The position numbers and the translations under genes were made by a program. The notes below the pieces were generated by a model. It was not told the DNA's origin and searched no databases. It was given only the letters and a program-made list of their open reading frames with translations. Positions 14,987-24,000 of a stretch of DNA of 24,000 bases are shown here, one piece after another; positions within the stretch are counted from its first letter, which is position 1; every line of letters begins with the position of its first letter. Source of the stretch: Spirosoma sordidisoli (GTDB taxonomy: Bacteria > Bacteroidota > Bacteroidia > Cytophagales > Spirosomataceae); contig NZ_SBLB01000001.1 of assembly GCF_004138325.1 (NCBI RefSeq), forward strand, positions 1,039,855-1,063,854, read 5' to 3'.

Positions 14987-15029
14987 CACGAAGCCCAAAC
15001 AACTGGTTTACAGTTGTTTGGGCTTCGTG
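14987..15029. terminator. 19-bp perfect hairpin between the SDR gene and the NRDE gene
   Basis: CACGAAGCCCAAACAACTG (14987-15005) is the reverse complement of CAGTTGTTTGGGCTTCGTG (15011-15029), with a 5-nt loop. It lies 65 nt downstream of the minus-strand SDR stop. A T-run is present only on the plus-strand side. Confidence 0.65.
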
Positions 15030-15093
15030 ATTTTGCATAGACCAGCCAGGCCGGTTACGATATTTCGTGAGATTTCCGGCAGGCCGTAACAGG

Positions 15094-15939
15094 CTACGGC
15101 AGAATGGCATTCTCGGCAACCTCGCGCCAGCGGTTTAGATCAGCCTGAACACTGTCCAGTTTGGTGCTGATGGTCTGGATGGCGATGCGGCCCAGTGGTA
15201 ACCGCAGCGGTGGGTTATCTATCCGGGCGATGTGGATAATGGCTTCGGCCGCCTTCTCTGGGTCTCCTTCCTGCTGGCCGTTCCCCTGTTTCATCCGGTT
15301 ACGAAAGAGGCCCGCCGTTGGCTGATAATCGGCAAGTTGACGCACGGCTTCCCGGAAGGCGGTACCGGCAAAGTTGGTTCGGAAGGGGCCCGGCTCAACA
15401 ATCGTCAATCGAATACCCAGGGGAGCCAGCTCGCCGGCCAGGGCTTCGCTGAGTCCCTCCAGCGCAAACTTACTGGCGTTGTAAATACCAAAGCCCGCAA
15501 ACGCTTTAAAACCCCCGTGCGACGACATTTGAATGATGTGCCCGCTGCGTTGTTGCCGAAACTGGGGCAGCAGCAGCTGTGTCAGGGCGATTGTTCCGAA
15601 GAAGTTGGTTTCGAACACGTCGCGAATTTCCTCGTCTGACGCTTCCTCCACGGCACCTGCAAACCCGAATCCCGCATTATTGACCAGCACATCAACGCGG
15701 CCGAATTGCGTCAGAACCATGCGTACAACCGCTTCCCGCTGCATCGGCTGGGTTACATCCAGCAGCATCCCGATTCCTTTACCCGCGTTTGCTGCGCTGA
15801 ATGCATCGGCCTGGGCCTGCTGACGGAACGTACCGATCACAACGTCTCCGCTGTTCATCACCGCTTCGGCCAGGGCCTGCCCTAAGCCACTGGATACGCC
15901 CGTGATGAACCAGATTTTGAGTTGATCGCTTGTCTTCAC
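15094..15939 (-). CDS. Short-chain dehydrogenase/reductase (classical SDR)
   Basis: TGVSSGLG glycine-rich loop, NNAG, and S...YNASK catalytic residues. Confidence 0.9.
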   Translation of the reverse strand: MKTSDQLKIWFITGVSSGLGQALAEAVMNSGDVVIGTFRQQAQADAFSAANAGKGIGMLLDVTQPMQREAVVRMVLTQFGRVDVLVNNAGFGFAGAVEEASDEEIRDVFETNFFGTIALTQLLLPQFRQQRSGHIIQMSSHGGFKAFAGFGIYNASKFALEGLSEALAGELAPLGIRLTIVEPGPFRTNFAGTAFREAVRQLADYQPTAGLFRNRMKQGNGQQEGDPEKAAEAIIHIARIDNPPLRLPLGRIAIQTISTKLDSVQADLNRWREVAENAILP

Positions 15940-16481
15940 TGCTTCAGCAACTCGATTTGACAGCTAATTCTGACCGTCTCTCCAACAGCCAGACCGCCAA
16001 AATCCATGATATTGTTCCAGGTCATGCCCCAATCCTTGCGGTTGATAGCGCCCGTTACTTTAAGCCCCGCTTTGGTGTTGCCAAACGGATCTTTCAGTAC
16101 GATGCCCATGAACTGAACATCCAGTTCAACGGGTCGTGTGATGCCCAGCAGCGTTAGGTCGCCAGCCATTTTGTACCGATTTTTCTCCACGACGCGCATA
16201 CCGGTGCTGACGAAGGTCATTTGCGGATGTTTTTCGGCGTGGAAGAAGTCGGCCGAGCGCAGGTGGTCATCCCGCTGCCTGTCCAGCGTATCAACGCTGC
16301 TTACATCAACGTGCATCGTCACGGTGGCATCCGAAAAGTCGTCGGATTCGGCCGCAACGGTTCCATCATACCGGGTAAAATGGCCTTCGGTTTCGGTGAT
16401 GCCGAAGTGGGTAACGGAGAAGCCAATTTTGCAGTGTGCGGGTTCAAAAACCCATTTTGTGCGTTGTTCCTGTTGTGTCAT
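15936..16481 (-). CDS. YceI family polyisoprenoid-binding protein
   Basis: KIGFSVTHFGITETEGHFTRYDG and a ~180-aa lipocalin-like length are typical of YceI. There is a 4-nt ATGA overlap with the SDR gene. Confidence 0.85.
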   Translation of the reverse strand: MTQQEQRTKWVFEPAHCKIGFSVTHFGITETEGHFTRYDGTVAAESDDFSDATVTMHVDVSSVDTLDRQRDDHLRSADFFHAEKHPQMTFVSTGMRVVEKNRYKMAGDLTLLGITRPVELDVQFMGIVLKDPFGNTKAGLKVTGAINRKDWGMTWNNIMDFGGLAVGETVRISCQIELLKQ

Positions 16482-16544
16482 TATGGTAGTTATTTGACGG
16501 ACACAAAGGTATCCTGCCCCTACCCGACGGGGTTAGAACGGGAC

Positions 16545-17429
16545 TTACTTTACCCGGTACTTTTCGGACATTGTCTGTTTGAAGGCAGCAGGTGACAGCC
16601 CCGTTTCGCTCTTGAAAACGCGGGCGAAATAAGACGAGTCGAGAAAGTTGAGCTGCGTGGCTACTTCCGTAATGGTCAGGTCGGAGAAGGTAAGCAGGCG
16701 CCGGGCCTCCAGCATACTTCTCGACCGGACAACGTCGCTGGCCGTTTTTCCGGTTACCTGTTTACAAACCACGTTGAGGTGGTGTTGCGTAATATTCAGC
16801 TGGTCGGCGTAGAAACTAACCGGCCAATTCTGGGCGAAGTGCTGATCGAGCAGGTTCTTTAGGTTCTTGTACAGAATCACGTATTTCCGGGACGATGCCT
16901 GTTCTGTCTGGCCGTCGACGCACCGCTGAATCTGGGCGAGCAACACGTGCAGCAGCGACTGCCCGATGGCGGTTGACCGGTCGTTTCGGCTCTGTTCCCG
17001 GCAAAGCAGGTCAATGGTATGCCGGATGTCGGCAAAGTTTCCGGCGCTCGGCTTCAGCAGTGGATTGGCATAGAAGTTATCCAGAAAACTCAGCTCGAAC
17101 AGCTTATCCTTATCCTGATGATTGAGCAGAAAAAAACTCTCGGTGAACAGGATACTTCCGCCCGTGAGCGGCTCCCACTCTTCAAAAAAATGGAGCTGCC
17201 CCGGTGAGATGAAAAACAGCGATTGCGGGCTTAATTCATAATCGGTGTAGTCGATGGTCTGACGACTTTTTCCCGAATCAATCCAGATAACTTCGTAGAA
17301 CGTGTGTTTGTGCGGATCATCAACGTCGGGCTCCTCCATCTGCTCAAACCGCAGAATCTCGAACTCAGTCCGGTTCTCGGGCTGGTTGATAAAGTGACCA
17401 ATGGAATAGAGTGGGAAAGTAGTTTGCAT
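16545..17429 (-). CDS. AraC family transcriptional regulator (cupin-like N-domain)
   Basis: C-terminal double HTH: YADQLNITQHHLNVVCKQVTGKTASDVV ... VATQLNFLDSSYFARVFK. Confidence 0.9.
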   Translation of the reverse strand: MQTTFPLYSIGHFINQPENRTEFEILRFEQMEEPDVDDPHKHTFYEVIWIDSGKSRQTIDYTDYELSPQSLFFISPGQLHFFEEWEPLTGGSILFTESFFLLNHQDKDKLFELSFLDNFYANPLLKPSAGNFADIRHTIDLLCREQSRNDRSTAIGQSLLHVLLAQIQRCVDGQTEQASSRKYVILYKNLKNLLDQHFAQNWPVSFYADQLNITQHHLNVVCKQVTGKTASDVVRSRSMLEARRLLTFSDLTITEVATQLNFLDSSYFARVFKSETGLSPAAFKQTMSEKYRVK

Positions 17430-17633
17430 AGTACGGTGGCTGGGTGCCTAGTTTTTTCAGGCGCGGGTTCAGCGTGGCTGGCGCGCGGGTCAGGCCGTCT
17501 CTGCCTCCGGTTGAGAAGCGTCTTGTGTAGCCGGTCTGTGTTTTCTGCGGTTCGGTCGGTTAACTTAGCGTTTCACCGGTTTGGGAGTCGATCTGTTGTT
17601 GGCTAACGCTCCCAGGCTGCTGGTTGTCAACCG

Positions 17634-18218
17634 ATGGATAAAGAACCACTAATCCTGTTTATTGAGCAAATCCTGCCCATCTCCCGGGCAACGGTCGAAC
17701 GCATAGCCAACCAGTTTGACGATAATGTGTTTGCCAAAAATGAGTACTTCGTCCGGGCGGGTAAAGTCAGCAATGACTATCTGTTCCTGACCGATGGCGT
17801 TATGCGGGCCTTTACCCTCGATACCGACGGCAGGGAAGTGACCACCGGATTTTACGTTAAAAACCGGGTCGTGTTCGAGGTGTCATCGTTTTTTATGCGT
17901 CGGATTTCCGACGAAAACATTCAGGCCCTGACCGACTGCCGGGGCTTTGTGCTGACCTTCGACAAGTTAAACCAGCTATTCCATACCATGCCCGAATTTC
18001 GGGAGTTTGGGCGGGCGATGCTGGCCCGGGAATTTGCGGCCTTCAAACAACGCACGCTGGCCCTGATTAACCAAAGCGCCGAGGAACGCTATGCCGATCT
18101 CATCCGCACCAACCGGGAGGTCTTTCAATACGCCCAGTTGAAGCACATTGCTTCGTACCTCGGCATTACCGACACATCGCTGAGCCGAATCCGGCGCGAA
18201 TACGCCAAAAAGGGCTGA
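17634..18218 (+). CDS. Crp/Fnr family transcriptional regulator
   Basis: A cNMP-binding-like N-domain is followed by a C-terminal HTH (HIASYLGITDTSLSRIRRE). Confidence 0.85.
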   Translation: MDKEPLILFIEQILPISRATVERIANQFDDNVFAKNEYFVRAGKVSNDYLFLTDGVMRAFTLDTDGREVTTGFYVKNRVVFEVSSFFMRRISDENIQALTDCRGFVLTFDKLNQLFHTMPEFREFGRAMLAREFAAFKQRTLALINQSAEERYADLIRTNREVFQYAQLKHIASYLGITDTSLSRIRREYAKKG

Positions 18219-18286
18219 CCCATTTCTTGCCATTTGGCAAGTACGTTCTTTTCATTTGCGAAGCTGCGCCCAGCCTTAGCCCGCGT

Positions 18287-18324
18287 CCTTTGTATCGTAA
18301 ACAGACACGATTATGATACAAAGG
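18287..18324 (+). promoter_or_regulatory. 10-bp inverted repeat enclosing the start codon of the NmrA-like gene
   Basis: CCTTTGTATC (18287-18296) is the perfect reverse complement of GATACAAAGG (18315-18324). The ATG at 18313-18315 sits at the base of the right arm. Confidence 0.35.
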
Positions 18325-19320
18325 AATGAGCCAGTATTGATAACGTCAGCGACGGGAAAAACGGGTTACGAAACCACCCTTCAGTTGCTGAACGACGGAT
18401 ATCCCGTCCGGATCTTTGTCCGATCCCGCAACAAACGGGCGCTGGAACTGGAAAAACGCGGGGCCGAGGTGGCCATCGGTGCGTTTAGCCAGTACGAGTC
18501 GCTGGCGAAGGCGCTAAAAGGCGTCAGGCGGGTGTACTACTGTTACCCGATCATGCCTGGTATGCCGCAGAACGTAGCCCTGTTTATCCGGGCAGCCAGG
18601 GAAGCCCAACTGGAGGCCGTTGTCTTTATGGGACAGTGGCTGGCCGAATTTGCCGATCAGGAAAGCCGGCTCACCAACGACATTAAAACGGCTTACCAGC
18701 TGCTCGAAGACTCCGGTCTGCCTGTCATCTATTTCAATCCGGGATACTTTGCGGAGGTGGTTATCCCGTTTCTCGAATTTATTATTCAGCTGGGTATTAT
18801 GCCTTCGCCGTACGGGGCCGGGAAATGTCCCTGGGTTTCGAGTCGGGATCTGGGGGCGGCAGCTGCGGCTTTGCTCAGGAATCCGGCCCCCTACGTCGGC
18901 CTGAAAATACACCCGACGGGTCCGGAGTCGGTTTCGGCGGAGCAGATGGCGGCTGTTTTTTCCAGAATCCGTGGCCGGAAAGTCAGACTCCTGCCCCTGC
19001 CCGACCAGCTGTTTCTGAAAGCCGGCTTCATGACCGGAGAGGAATTCGGCTATGACGCGTTCAGCATTGTTCAGGCTAATTGTTACAACCGGCAGTTCCG
19101 ACTAAACCGATTCGATGTGGGCGGGCCAACCACCGTCGTTAAGGAACTGACCGGCCGCGAACCCGAAGATTTTGAGACCATTGCCCGCCGGTTCATCGAG
19201 CAGTCGCCCTACCGACAACGCAGTTTCTCCCGCTGGCTCTCGGCCGTCACGAAGTTTATGACAATGCCCTTTACAACCCTGCCCACCAAACGGCAGCTTG
19301 CCGCGTTGAACCAACCCTGA
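18313..19320 (+). CDS. NmrA-like NAD(P)-binding protein
   Basis: N-terminal VLITSATGKTG Rossmann motif, an atypical-SDR/NmrA pattern, 335 aa. Confidence 0.8.
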   Translation: MIQRNEPVLITSATGKTGYETTLQLLNDGYPVRIFVRSRNKRALELEKRGAEVAIGAFSQYESLAKALKGVRRVYYCYPIMPGMPQNVALFIRAAREAQLEAVVFMGQWLAEFADQESRLTNDIKTAYQLLEDSGLPVIYFNPGYFAEVVIPFLEFIIQLGIMPSPYGAGKCPWVSSRDLGAAAAALLRNPAPYVGLKIHPTGPESVSAEQMAAVFSRIRGRKVRLLPLPDQLFLKAGFMTGEEFGYDAFSIVQANCYNRQFRLNRFDVGGPTTVVKELTGREPEDFETIARRFIEQSPYRQRSFSRWLSAVTKFMTMPFTTLPTKRQLAALNQP

Positions 19321-19431
19321 GCGCAGCACCACCGCATGCCCCTCAACCATCCTCTGGTTGCTTTTGGTTGGCAACTTTGTCCTGTCGGCCGCCACGTCGA
19401 AATCCTGGCGTAAACGACCGGGGGCCACTGT

Positions 19432-20946
19432 CTACGGCCGCTGGATACCCAGTTTTTTCATGCGCGAGTCCAGCGTGGTTGGTATCATCCCCAGGATTTC
19501 GGCGGCTCCGTTTTTGCCGCTGACTTTCCAGCGGGTGTGCTCCAGCACGGCCAGGATATGGTTGCGCTCGGCTTCTTCCATGGTTATGAGTCCGGTGGGT
19601 TTGGGAACCGACTGTTTCCGCCGGAGCCAGTCGCCGAGTTCCAGTTTCCGGCCCGACGAGATGATCAGTGAGCGTTCGACGACGTTTTCCAGCTCGCGGA
19701 TGTTGCCCGGCCAGTGGTACTCCATCAGGGTATCGATCACGTCTGGTGGAATAACGTCGATCTGGCGACCAATACCGGGGCCGTGTTTGGTGCAGAAGTG
19801 GCGGACCAGCAGCGGAATATCTTCTTTACGCTCGCGCAGGGGCAGGCTTTGGATAGGGAATACGTTGAGCCGGTAGTATAAATCTTCCCGAAAGCGTCCG
19901 TCGCTGATTTCTTTGTCCAGATCACGGTTGGTGGCGGCAATGACCCGCACGTTGACTTTGAGGGTTTTTGTGCCCCCCACCCGCTCCAGTTCACCTTCCT
20001 GCAACACCCGCAGCAGTTTAGCCTGCAAATCGATCGGCATTTCTCCGATCTCGTCCAGGAAAATCGTTCCCCCGTCGGCCAGTTCGAAGCGACCGATTTT
20101 CTGGGCGGTGGCCCCGGTGAACGCGCCTTTCTCGTGGCCAAAGAGTTCACTCTCGATCAGGGTGGCGGGCAGGGCAGCGCAGTTGATTTTCACCAGCGTT
20201 TTGTTCCGGCGGCTGCTCCGGTTGTGCACGGCCCGCGCCAGTAGCTCCTTGCCCGTACCCGATTCGCCCAGAATCAGGACCGACGTTGTGGTGGGGGCAA
20301 CCTGCTCGACCTGCCGGAGCACCTTCCCGAAGGCTTTGCTCTGACTAACGATTTCCTCGAAGTTGCTGGTCTGCTTGATTTCTTCGCGCAGGTACGTATT
20401 CTCGGCCTGTAGCTTGTTCTTCAGCTGCTCGACTTCGGCCAGTGCTTTCGAGAGCGACTCGGTTCGTTCGGCAACGCGTTGTTCGAGCAGGGCGTTGGCA
20501 ACCTGCAGTTCGCGCTGCAACCCGCGCAGGGCCAGGTGCGTGTTGATGCGGGCCAGTACCTCCTGCAGCTGAAAGGGTTTGGTGATATAATCCACCGCGC
20601 CCATGTTGAAGCCGTTGACCTTATCGATCGTTTCGGCCAGGGCCGTCATGAACAGCACCGGAATAGCCTGCGTGGTGTCTGCCCGTTTGAGTCGGCGGCA
20701 GGTTTCGAAGCCGTCCATGCCAGGCATCATCACGTCGAGCAGGATAAGATCGGGCTGGGCCAGCTGCGCCTGCTCGATGGCACTTTTGCCGTCGCGGGCC
20801 ACCAGCACTTTGTACTTGAACCGGGTCAGGGTTTCGTACAACACGCTGATGTTGTTAGGCATGTCGTCTACGATGAGGATGGTGCGGCCGGTGCCGATGC
20901 TGTCCATGTCGTCCGTAGCCGCGTGGTTCGTAATGAGCGCGCTCAT
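19432..20946 (-). CDS. Sigma54-dependent response regulator (REC - coiled coil - AAA+ - Fis-type HTH)
   Basis: REC ([14 protein letters not shown]), Walker A (GESGTGKE), the GAFTGA sigma54-contact loop ([15 protein letters not shown]) and a C-terminal HTH ([21 protein letters not shown]). Confidence 0.95.
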   Translation of the reverse strand: MSALITNHAATDDMDSIGTGRTILIVDDMPNNISVLYETLTRFKYKVLVARDGKSAIEQAQLAQPDLILLDVMMPGMDGFETCRRLKRADTTQAIPVLFMTALAETIDKVNGFNMGAVDYITKPFQLQEVLARINTHLALRGLQRELQVANALLEQRVAERTESLSKALAEVEQLKNKLQAENTYLREEIKQTSNFEEIVSQSKAFGKVLRQVEQVAPTTTSVLILGESGTGKELLARAVHNRSSRRNKTLVKINCAALPATLIESELFGHEKGAFTGATAQKIGRFELADGGTIFLDEIGEMPIDLQAKLLRVLQEGELERVGGTKTLKVNVRVIAATNRDLDKEISDGRFREDLYYRLNVFPIQSLPLRERKEDIPLLVRHFCTKHGPGIGRQIDVIPPDVIDTLMEYHWPGNIRELENVVERSLIISSGRKLELGDWLRRKQSVPKPTGLITMEEAERNHILAVLEHTRWKVSGKNGAAEILGMIPTTLDSRMKKLGIQRP

Positions 20947-23291
20947 ACCGTTTCTAAACAGGTTTGAAGGTATTTTTTAATCCGGCGCGTATCGAACTCA
21001 CTGGCGGCCTGTCGGATCTGGTCGGCAAACGGCTGGTGGGCCGGGTTGGCGTTTTCTACCTCCGCAATCATCGTCAATACCCCCTGAATATCACCCAGGC
21101 GGGCCAGTTCATACAGCGCTTCCAGCTGGGTCGGTTCGGGCAGTTGCGTCGGCGCGCCACCCGCCTTTGGCGCGGCTGCCGGGTCCGCGCTGGGCCGGGT
21201 TTGCCACGTCAGGTTGAGATGCCTGCCGATTTTGGTCAGCAGCGAATCCAGCTGAACGGGTTTGGGCACGAAATCATCGAATCCGGCCTGCTGGCTCCGT
21301 TGCTTATCCTGCTCAAACACCTTCGCCGAAAACGCAAACACGGTGGCCTGACTCGTAGCCGGATTGCTTCGAATCTGCTTCAGGGCGCCAAACCCATCCA
21401 GATACGGCATCACCAGATCCAGCAGCATCAGGTCCGGTTGGTGCAGCATAGCCTGCTCAACGGCTTCGCGACCGTTGCGGGCTTCGATAACCGTAAAGCC
21501 TAAGGGGGACAGCAGGTTGGTCAGCACCGAGCAGTTTTCCCAGCCGTCGTCGGCCACCAGAATCGTTCGGCGCGCCCCTTCGTACCCAATGATCGGCTGA
21601 TCGGACTGGGTGCTCTGCCCCAAAGCGGGGGCACCGGTGGCCTCGGGCAAGGTCAGCGACAGCCGGAACTGGGTACCCTGCCCCGCCTGACTCGATACGT
21701 ACAGATCGCCGTTCATGAGCCGGACCAGCTGGTCGGTGATGGACAGGCCGAGGCCGGTGCCCTCCACAAAGTCGTTCGATTCGCGGATTTGCTGAAACGG
21801 CTGAAAAATACTGGACAGTTGTTCGTTGGCAATGCCCACGCCGGTGTCTTCGATCATGAAGCGGATGGTGGGGGACGGTGTTTCCGGACGGGCGTGATCC
21901 AGCCGGTCGGGGTTCCACTCGGCCCGGAACGTAATTGTACCCGTTGGCGTAAACTTCACCGCGTTTCCGAGCAGATTCAACAGCACCTGCCGGAGTTTAC
22001 GCTCGTCGCCTACCACCCATGCCGGCAGGTTGTCAGACAGGTGCGTCTCGAATCGAAGCCCCTTCTGTTCGGCCCGAACCTGCGTTTGCTGCGCAATATG
22101 CTGCAACAGCTCGGGCAGGTAGAACACCTCCGACAGCACGTCCATCTTGCGGGCTTCGATCTTCGACAGATCCAACACGTCGTTGATAAGCGAGAGCAGG
22201 CTCTCGGCACAGTCGTGCATGATTTTTACGCCTTTCTGCTGGCTTTCGGTCATCATCGGATCCCGTTTGAACAGCTGGGTATAGCCCAGAATACCGTTGA
22301 GGGGGGTGCGTAGTTCGTGGCTCATCGTTGCCAGGAAATCGCTCTTGGCCCGGTTGGCAGCTTCGGCTTCTTCCTTGGCTTCGGCCAGTTCGCGGGTTCG
22401 CTCGATGACGGTGGCTTCGAGCTGCTCCTGAATACGCAGCAGCCGCTCTTCGGCCACCTTACGGGCAATTTCGGCCCCCGAGCGGGCAGCCAGTACCCGC
22501 AGAATACCGATGTACTTGTGGTGGTCGGCCATCGGGCGGGTGTCACTCACCGACAGGTGGCCAACTACTTCACCCAGTTTATCGTAGATCGGCACCCCCA
22601 GGTACGATTCGAGGCCGACACCTTTACTAAAATTGTCGGCTACATCGGTGGGAAAGTACAAATCGCGGCCCTTCATGACAATGTCGCAGGGCGTACCGGC
22701 CAGATCGTATTCGACGTTTTCGTGCAGCGCATTATGTACGCTGAAGGCCAGGGTCCGGACGCGGGTCTTTTCGACGTTGGTGCACTCGGTCACCATCGCG
22801 AACTGCACGTTCAGCGTGGTAGTCAGTTGCTGCACCAGCGACTGAAAAAAGTCGATGCCGATGTTGGCAGCCGTTCCTTCCGAGATTTGGCGGAGCGTAT
22901 CGTCCAGCTGCGAGCGTTCGGTCACGTCGCGCACGAAACAGCACAGGTATTCCTGTTCGTCGAGCTGGATAAAGTTCATGCCAATCTCAGCCTGTCGTAG
23001 CGTCCCATTCTGCCGGAGCTGGCTCATCTCCAGCGTCAGTGTCTGCGCCTGTTTCAGCCGCTGCCATAGGTCGGCGTATTGCTCCTGGCTGTAGTCGGGG
23101 TGAATGGCACAAAAATGCAGGGTGCTGAATTGGTCAGGGCCATAGCCCAGTTGCCGGCAGACCGCTGCATTGGCCCGCTTCACCTGACCGCGCTGGTCGA
23201 AAAGAAGAATGGGTTCCAGGGCGTTTTCGACGGTGAAGTGCGACAGTCGAAGCACCTTGGGGGAGATGACAGCGGTTTCGTTTTCCATCAT
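20943..23291 (-). CDS. Cytoplasmic hybrid sensor histidine kinase (PAS-GAF-HisKA-HATPase-REC plus C-terminal helical domain)
   Basis: H-box [17 protein letters not shown] boxes ([23 protein letters not shown]) and a receiver ([14 protein letters not shown]). No transmembrane segment. There is a 4-nt overlap with the response-regulator gene. Confidence 0.95.
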   Translation of the reverse strand: MMENETAVISPKVLRLSHFTVENALEPILLFDQRGQVKRANAAVCRQLGYGPDQFSTLHFCAIHPDYSQEQYADLWQRLKQAQTLTLEMSQLRQNGTLRQAEIGMNFIQLDEQEYLCCFVRDVTERSQLDDTLRQISEGTAANIGIDFFQSLVQQLTTTLNVQFAMVTECTNVEKTRVRTLAFSVHNALHENVEYDLAGTPCDIVMKGRDLYFPTDVADNFSKGVGLESYLGVPIYDKLGEVVGHLSVSDTRPMADHHKYIGILRVLAARSGAEIARKVAEERLLRIQEQLEATVIERTRELAEAKEEAEAANRAKSDFLATMSHELRTPLNGILGYTQLFKRDPMMTESQQKGVKIMHDCAESLLSLINDVLDLSKIEARKMDVLSEVFYLPELLQHIAQQTQVRAEQKGLRFETHLSDNLPAWVVGDERKLRQVLLNLLGNAVKFTPTGTITFRAEWNPDRLDHARPETPSPTIRFMIEDTGVGIANEQLSSIFQPFQQIRESNDFVEGTGLGLSITDQLVRLMNGDLYVSSQAGQGTQFRLSLTLPEATGAPALGQSTQSDQPIIGYEGARRTILVADDGWENCSVLTNLLSPLGFTVIEARNGREAVEQAMLHQPDLMLLDLVMPYLDGFGALKQIRSNPATSQATVFAFSAKVFEQDKQRSQQAGFDDFVPKPVQLDSLLTKIGRHLNLTWQTRPSADPAAAPKAGGAPTQLPEPTQLEALYELARLGDIQGVLTMIAEVENANPAHQPFADQIRQAASEFDTRRIKKYLQTCLETV

Positions 23292-23350
23292 GATCGGGTG
23301 AAAAGTCGTTGCGGTATGCCGTTGACCGGCTCATACACGATAAGTACGCC

Positions 23351-23366
23351 TGCAATTCCTGGTCCG
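23351..23366 (-). promoter_or_regulatory. Candidate sigma54 (-24/-12) promoter upstream of the kinase/regulator operon
   Basis: The minus strand reads CGGACCAGGAATTGCA. GG and GC are at the canonical 12-nt register and the -12 element TTGCA is perfect. The -24 element matches only the GG. The site lies about 60 nt upstream of the kinase ATG. Confidence 0.25.
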
Positions 23367-23655
23367 AATGGCCCGCTGGCCGGGATTAACAGCTATATGA
23401 GCCAGATTGGGCCCTTTTGCGCCATACTCATCACGGGTCTGACACATAACGGGCGGGTAAGTCCCGGTCATTTCGTGAAAGTTACGAAATATCGGGACTT
23501 ACCCGCTGGCAAGGAAGCGTGCTCTCTGCGCGTTTTAGGCGTTTTCCGGCCAGTGAGCGCGTTTTTGGCCGGCCTGGCACGGCTGGAACGGTATTTGGCA
23601 ATTGAGTCAGGGAGTTTGCGCCAAGCACTCGACCATCAATCGTCAAAACAAGATC

Positions 23656-24000
23656 ATGAAAACGCTTTCAATACTGTTCATCGCTTTCGCCTTTTTTATG
23701 CAGCCGAGCCAGGCCGGGTCGGGCCTGGTTCAATCGGACCCGACTGTTCGTAAAAAGCACTTCAACCTCGATAAAGGGGTCGCCATTCAGGGCTACGATC
23801 CAGTGGCTTACTTCACCCAGAACAAGGCCGTAAAGGGGTCGGCCGCCCACACATTCACGCACAGAAATGTAACGTACCGCTTCGCTTCAGCCGCCAACCT
23901 GAAGGCGTTTCAGGAGAACCCCGGCCAGTACGAACCGCAATATGGTGGCTGGTGCGCCTACGCCATGGGGGCCGCGGGTGAAAAAGTTGAGGTCGACCCC
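23656..24000 (+). CDS. YHS domain-containing protein with signal peptide (3' end outside window)
   Basis: My own translation is MKTLSILFIAFAFFMQPSQA... then GYDPVAYF ... YRFASAANLKAF ... PQYGGWCAYAM, the YHS-domain pattern. The frame is open to the window edge, which is why the ORF track did not list it. Confidence 0.8.
   Translation, partial: MKTLSILFIAFAFFMQPSQAGSGLVQSDPTVRKKHFNLDKGVAIQGYDPVAYFTQNKAVKGSAAHTFTHRNVTYRFASAANLKAFQENPGQYEPQYGGWCAYAMGAAGEKVEVDP

Noticed and set aside
18235-18250. TGGCAAGTACGTTCTT as a possible sigma54 promoter for the NmrA-like gene.
   Set aside because: The -12 position reads TTCT, with no GC dinucleotide. The TGGCAA is better explained as half of the CTTGCCA/TGGCAAG palindrome.
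23584-23600. Sigma54-like TGGAACGGTATTTGGCA upstream of the YHS gene, with the adjacent TGGCAC at 23575-23580.
   Set aside because: The GG-to-GC spacing is 13 rather than 12 nt and the -12 element reads TTGG, not TTGC. TGGCAC has no TTGC at the proper distance. I mention it only as context in the control-region finding.
23079-23753. 224-aa plus-strand ORF spanning the kinase 5' end, the intergenic region and the start of the YHS gene.
   Set aside because: It overlaps two well-supported genes in other frames and crosses a regulatory gap. I recognise no motifs in it.
1-24000. A search for CRISPR arrays, tRNA/rRNA genes and long tandem repeats.
   Set aside because: Visual reading found no regularly spaced repeat-spacer pattern, no tRNA-like GTTCGAATC T-arm context and no rRNA-like segments. 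tRNAscan-SE or Infernal could confirm this.

Overview
This is a 24-kb chromosomal window from a moderately high-GC bacterium. Gene content and the general lack of Shine-Dalgarno sequences fit a Cytophagia-like Bacteroidota, but that is inference only. I support about 21 protein genes, listed left to right. (1) A 5'-truncated PadR regulator with a membrane partner. (2) A GT4 glycosyltransferase, a DUF2064-like protein, the Kup K+ transporter and an extended-SDR sugar epimerase. (3) An abrupt AT-rich insert of about 1.5 kb carrying a 142-aa protein with an 8-Cys C-terminus and a CPBP (CAAX/Abi) intramembrane protease, followed directly by decayed IS transposase fragments. (4) A DUF5996-like gene overlapping a Crp/Fnr regulator. 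(5) A tightly packed minus-strand string: NRDE/TANGO2-like, membrane-anchored ATP-grasp ligase, stand-alone CoaB, MsrB, then MsrA, which carries a 1-nt frameshift. (6) An AraC regulator with YceI and SDR genes, and a Crp/Fnr regulator with an NmrA-like gene. (7) A PAS-GAF hybrid histidine kinase with a sigma54-dependent response regulator, and a 3'-truncated YHS-domain protein. I saw no rRNA, tRNA or CRISPR array. Several long perfect hairpins act as likely terminators. The two observations most worth follow-up are the AT-rich Cys-rich-protein/CPBP insert (7051-8534) and the NRDE/ATP-grasp/CoaB/MsrBA string (11176-14934). All family calls rest on motifs I recognise by eye, and no database search was run.
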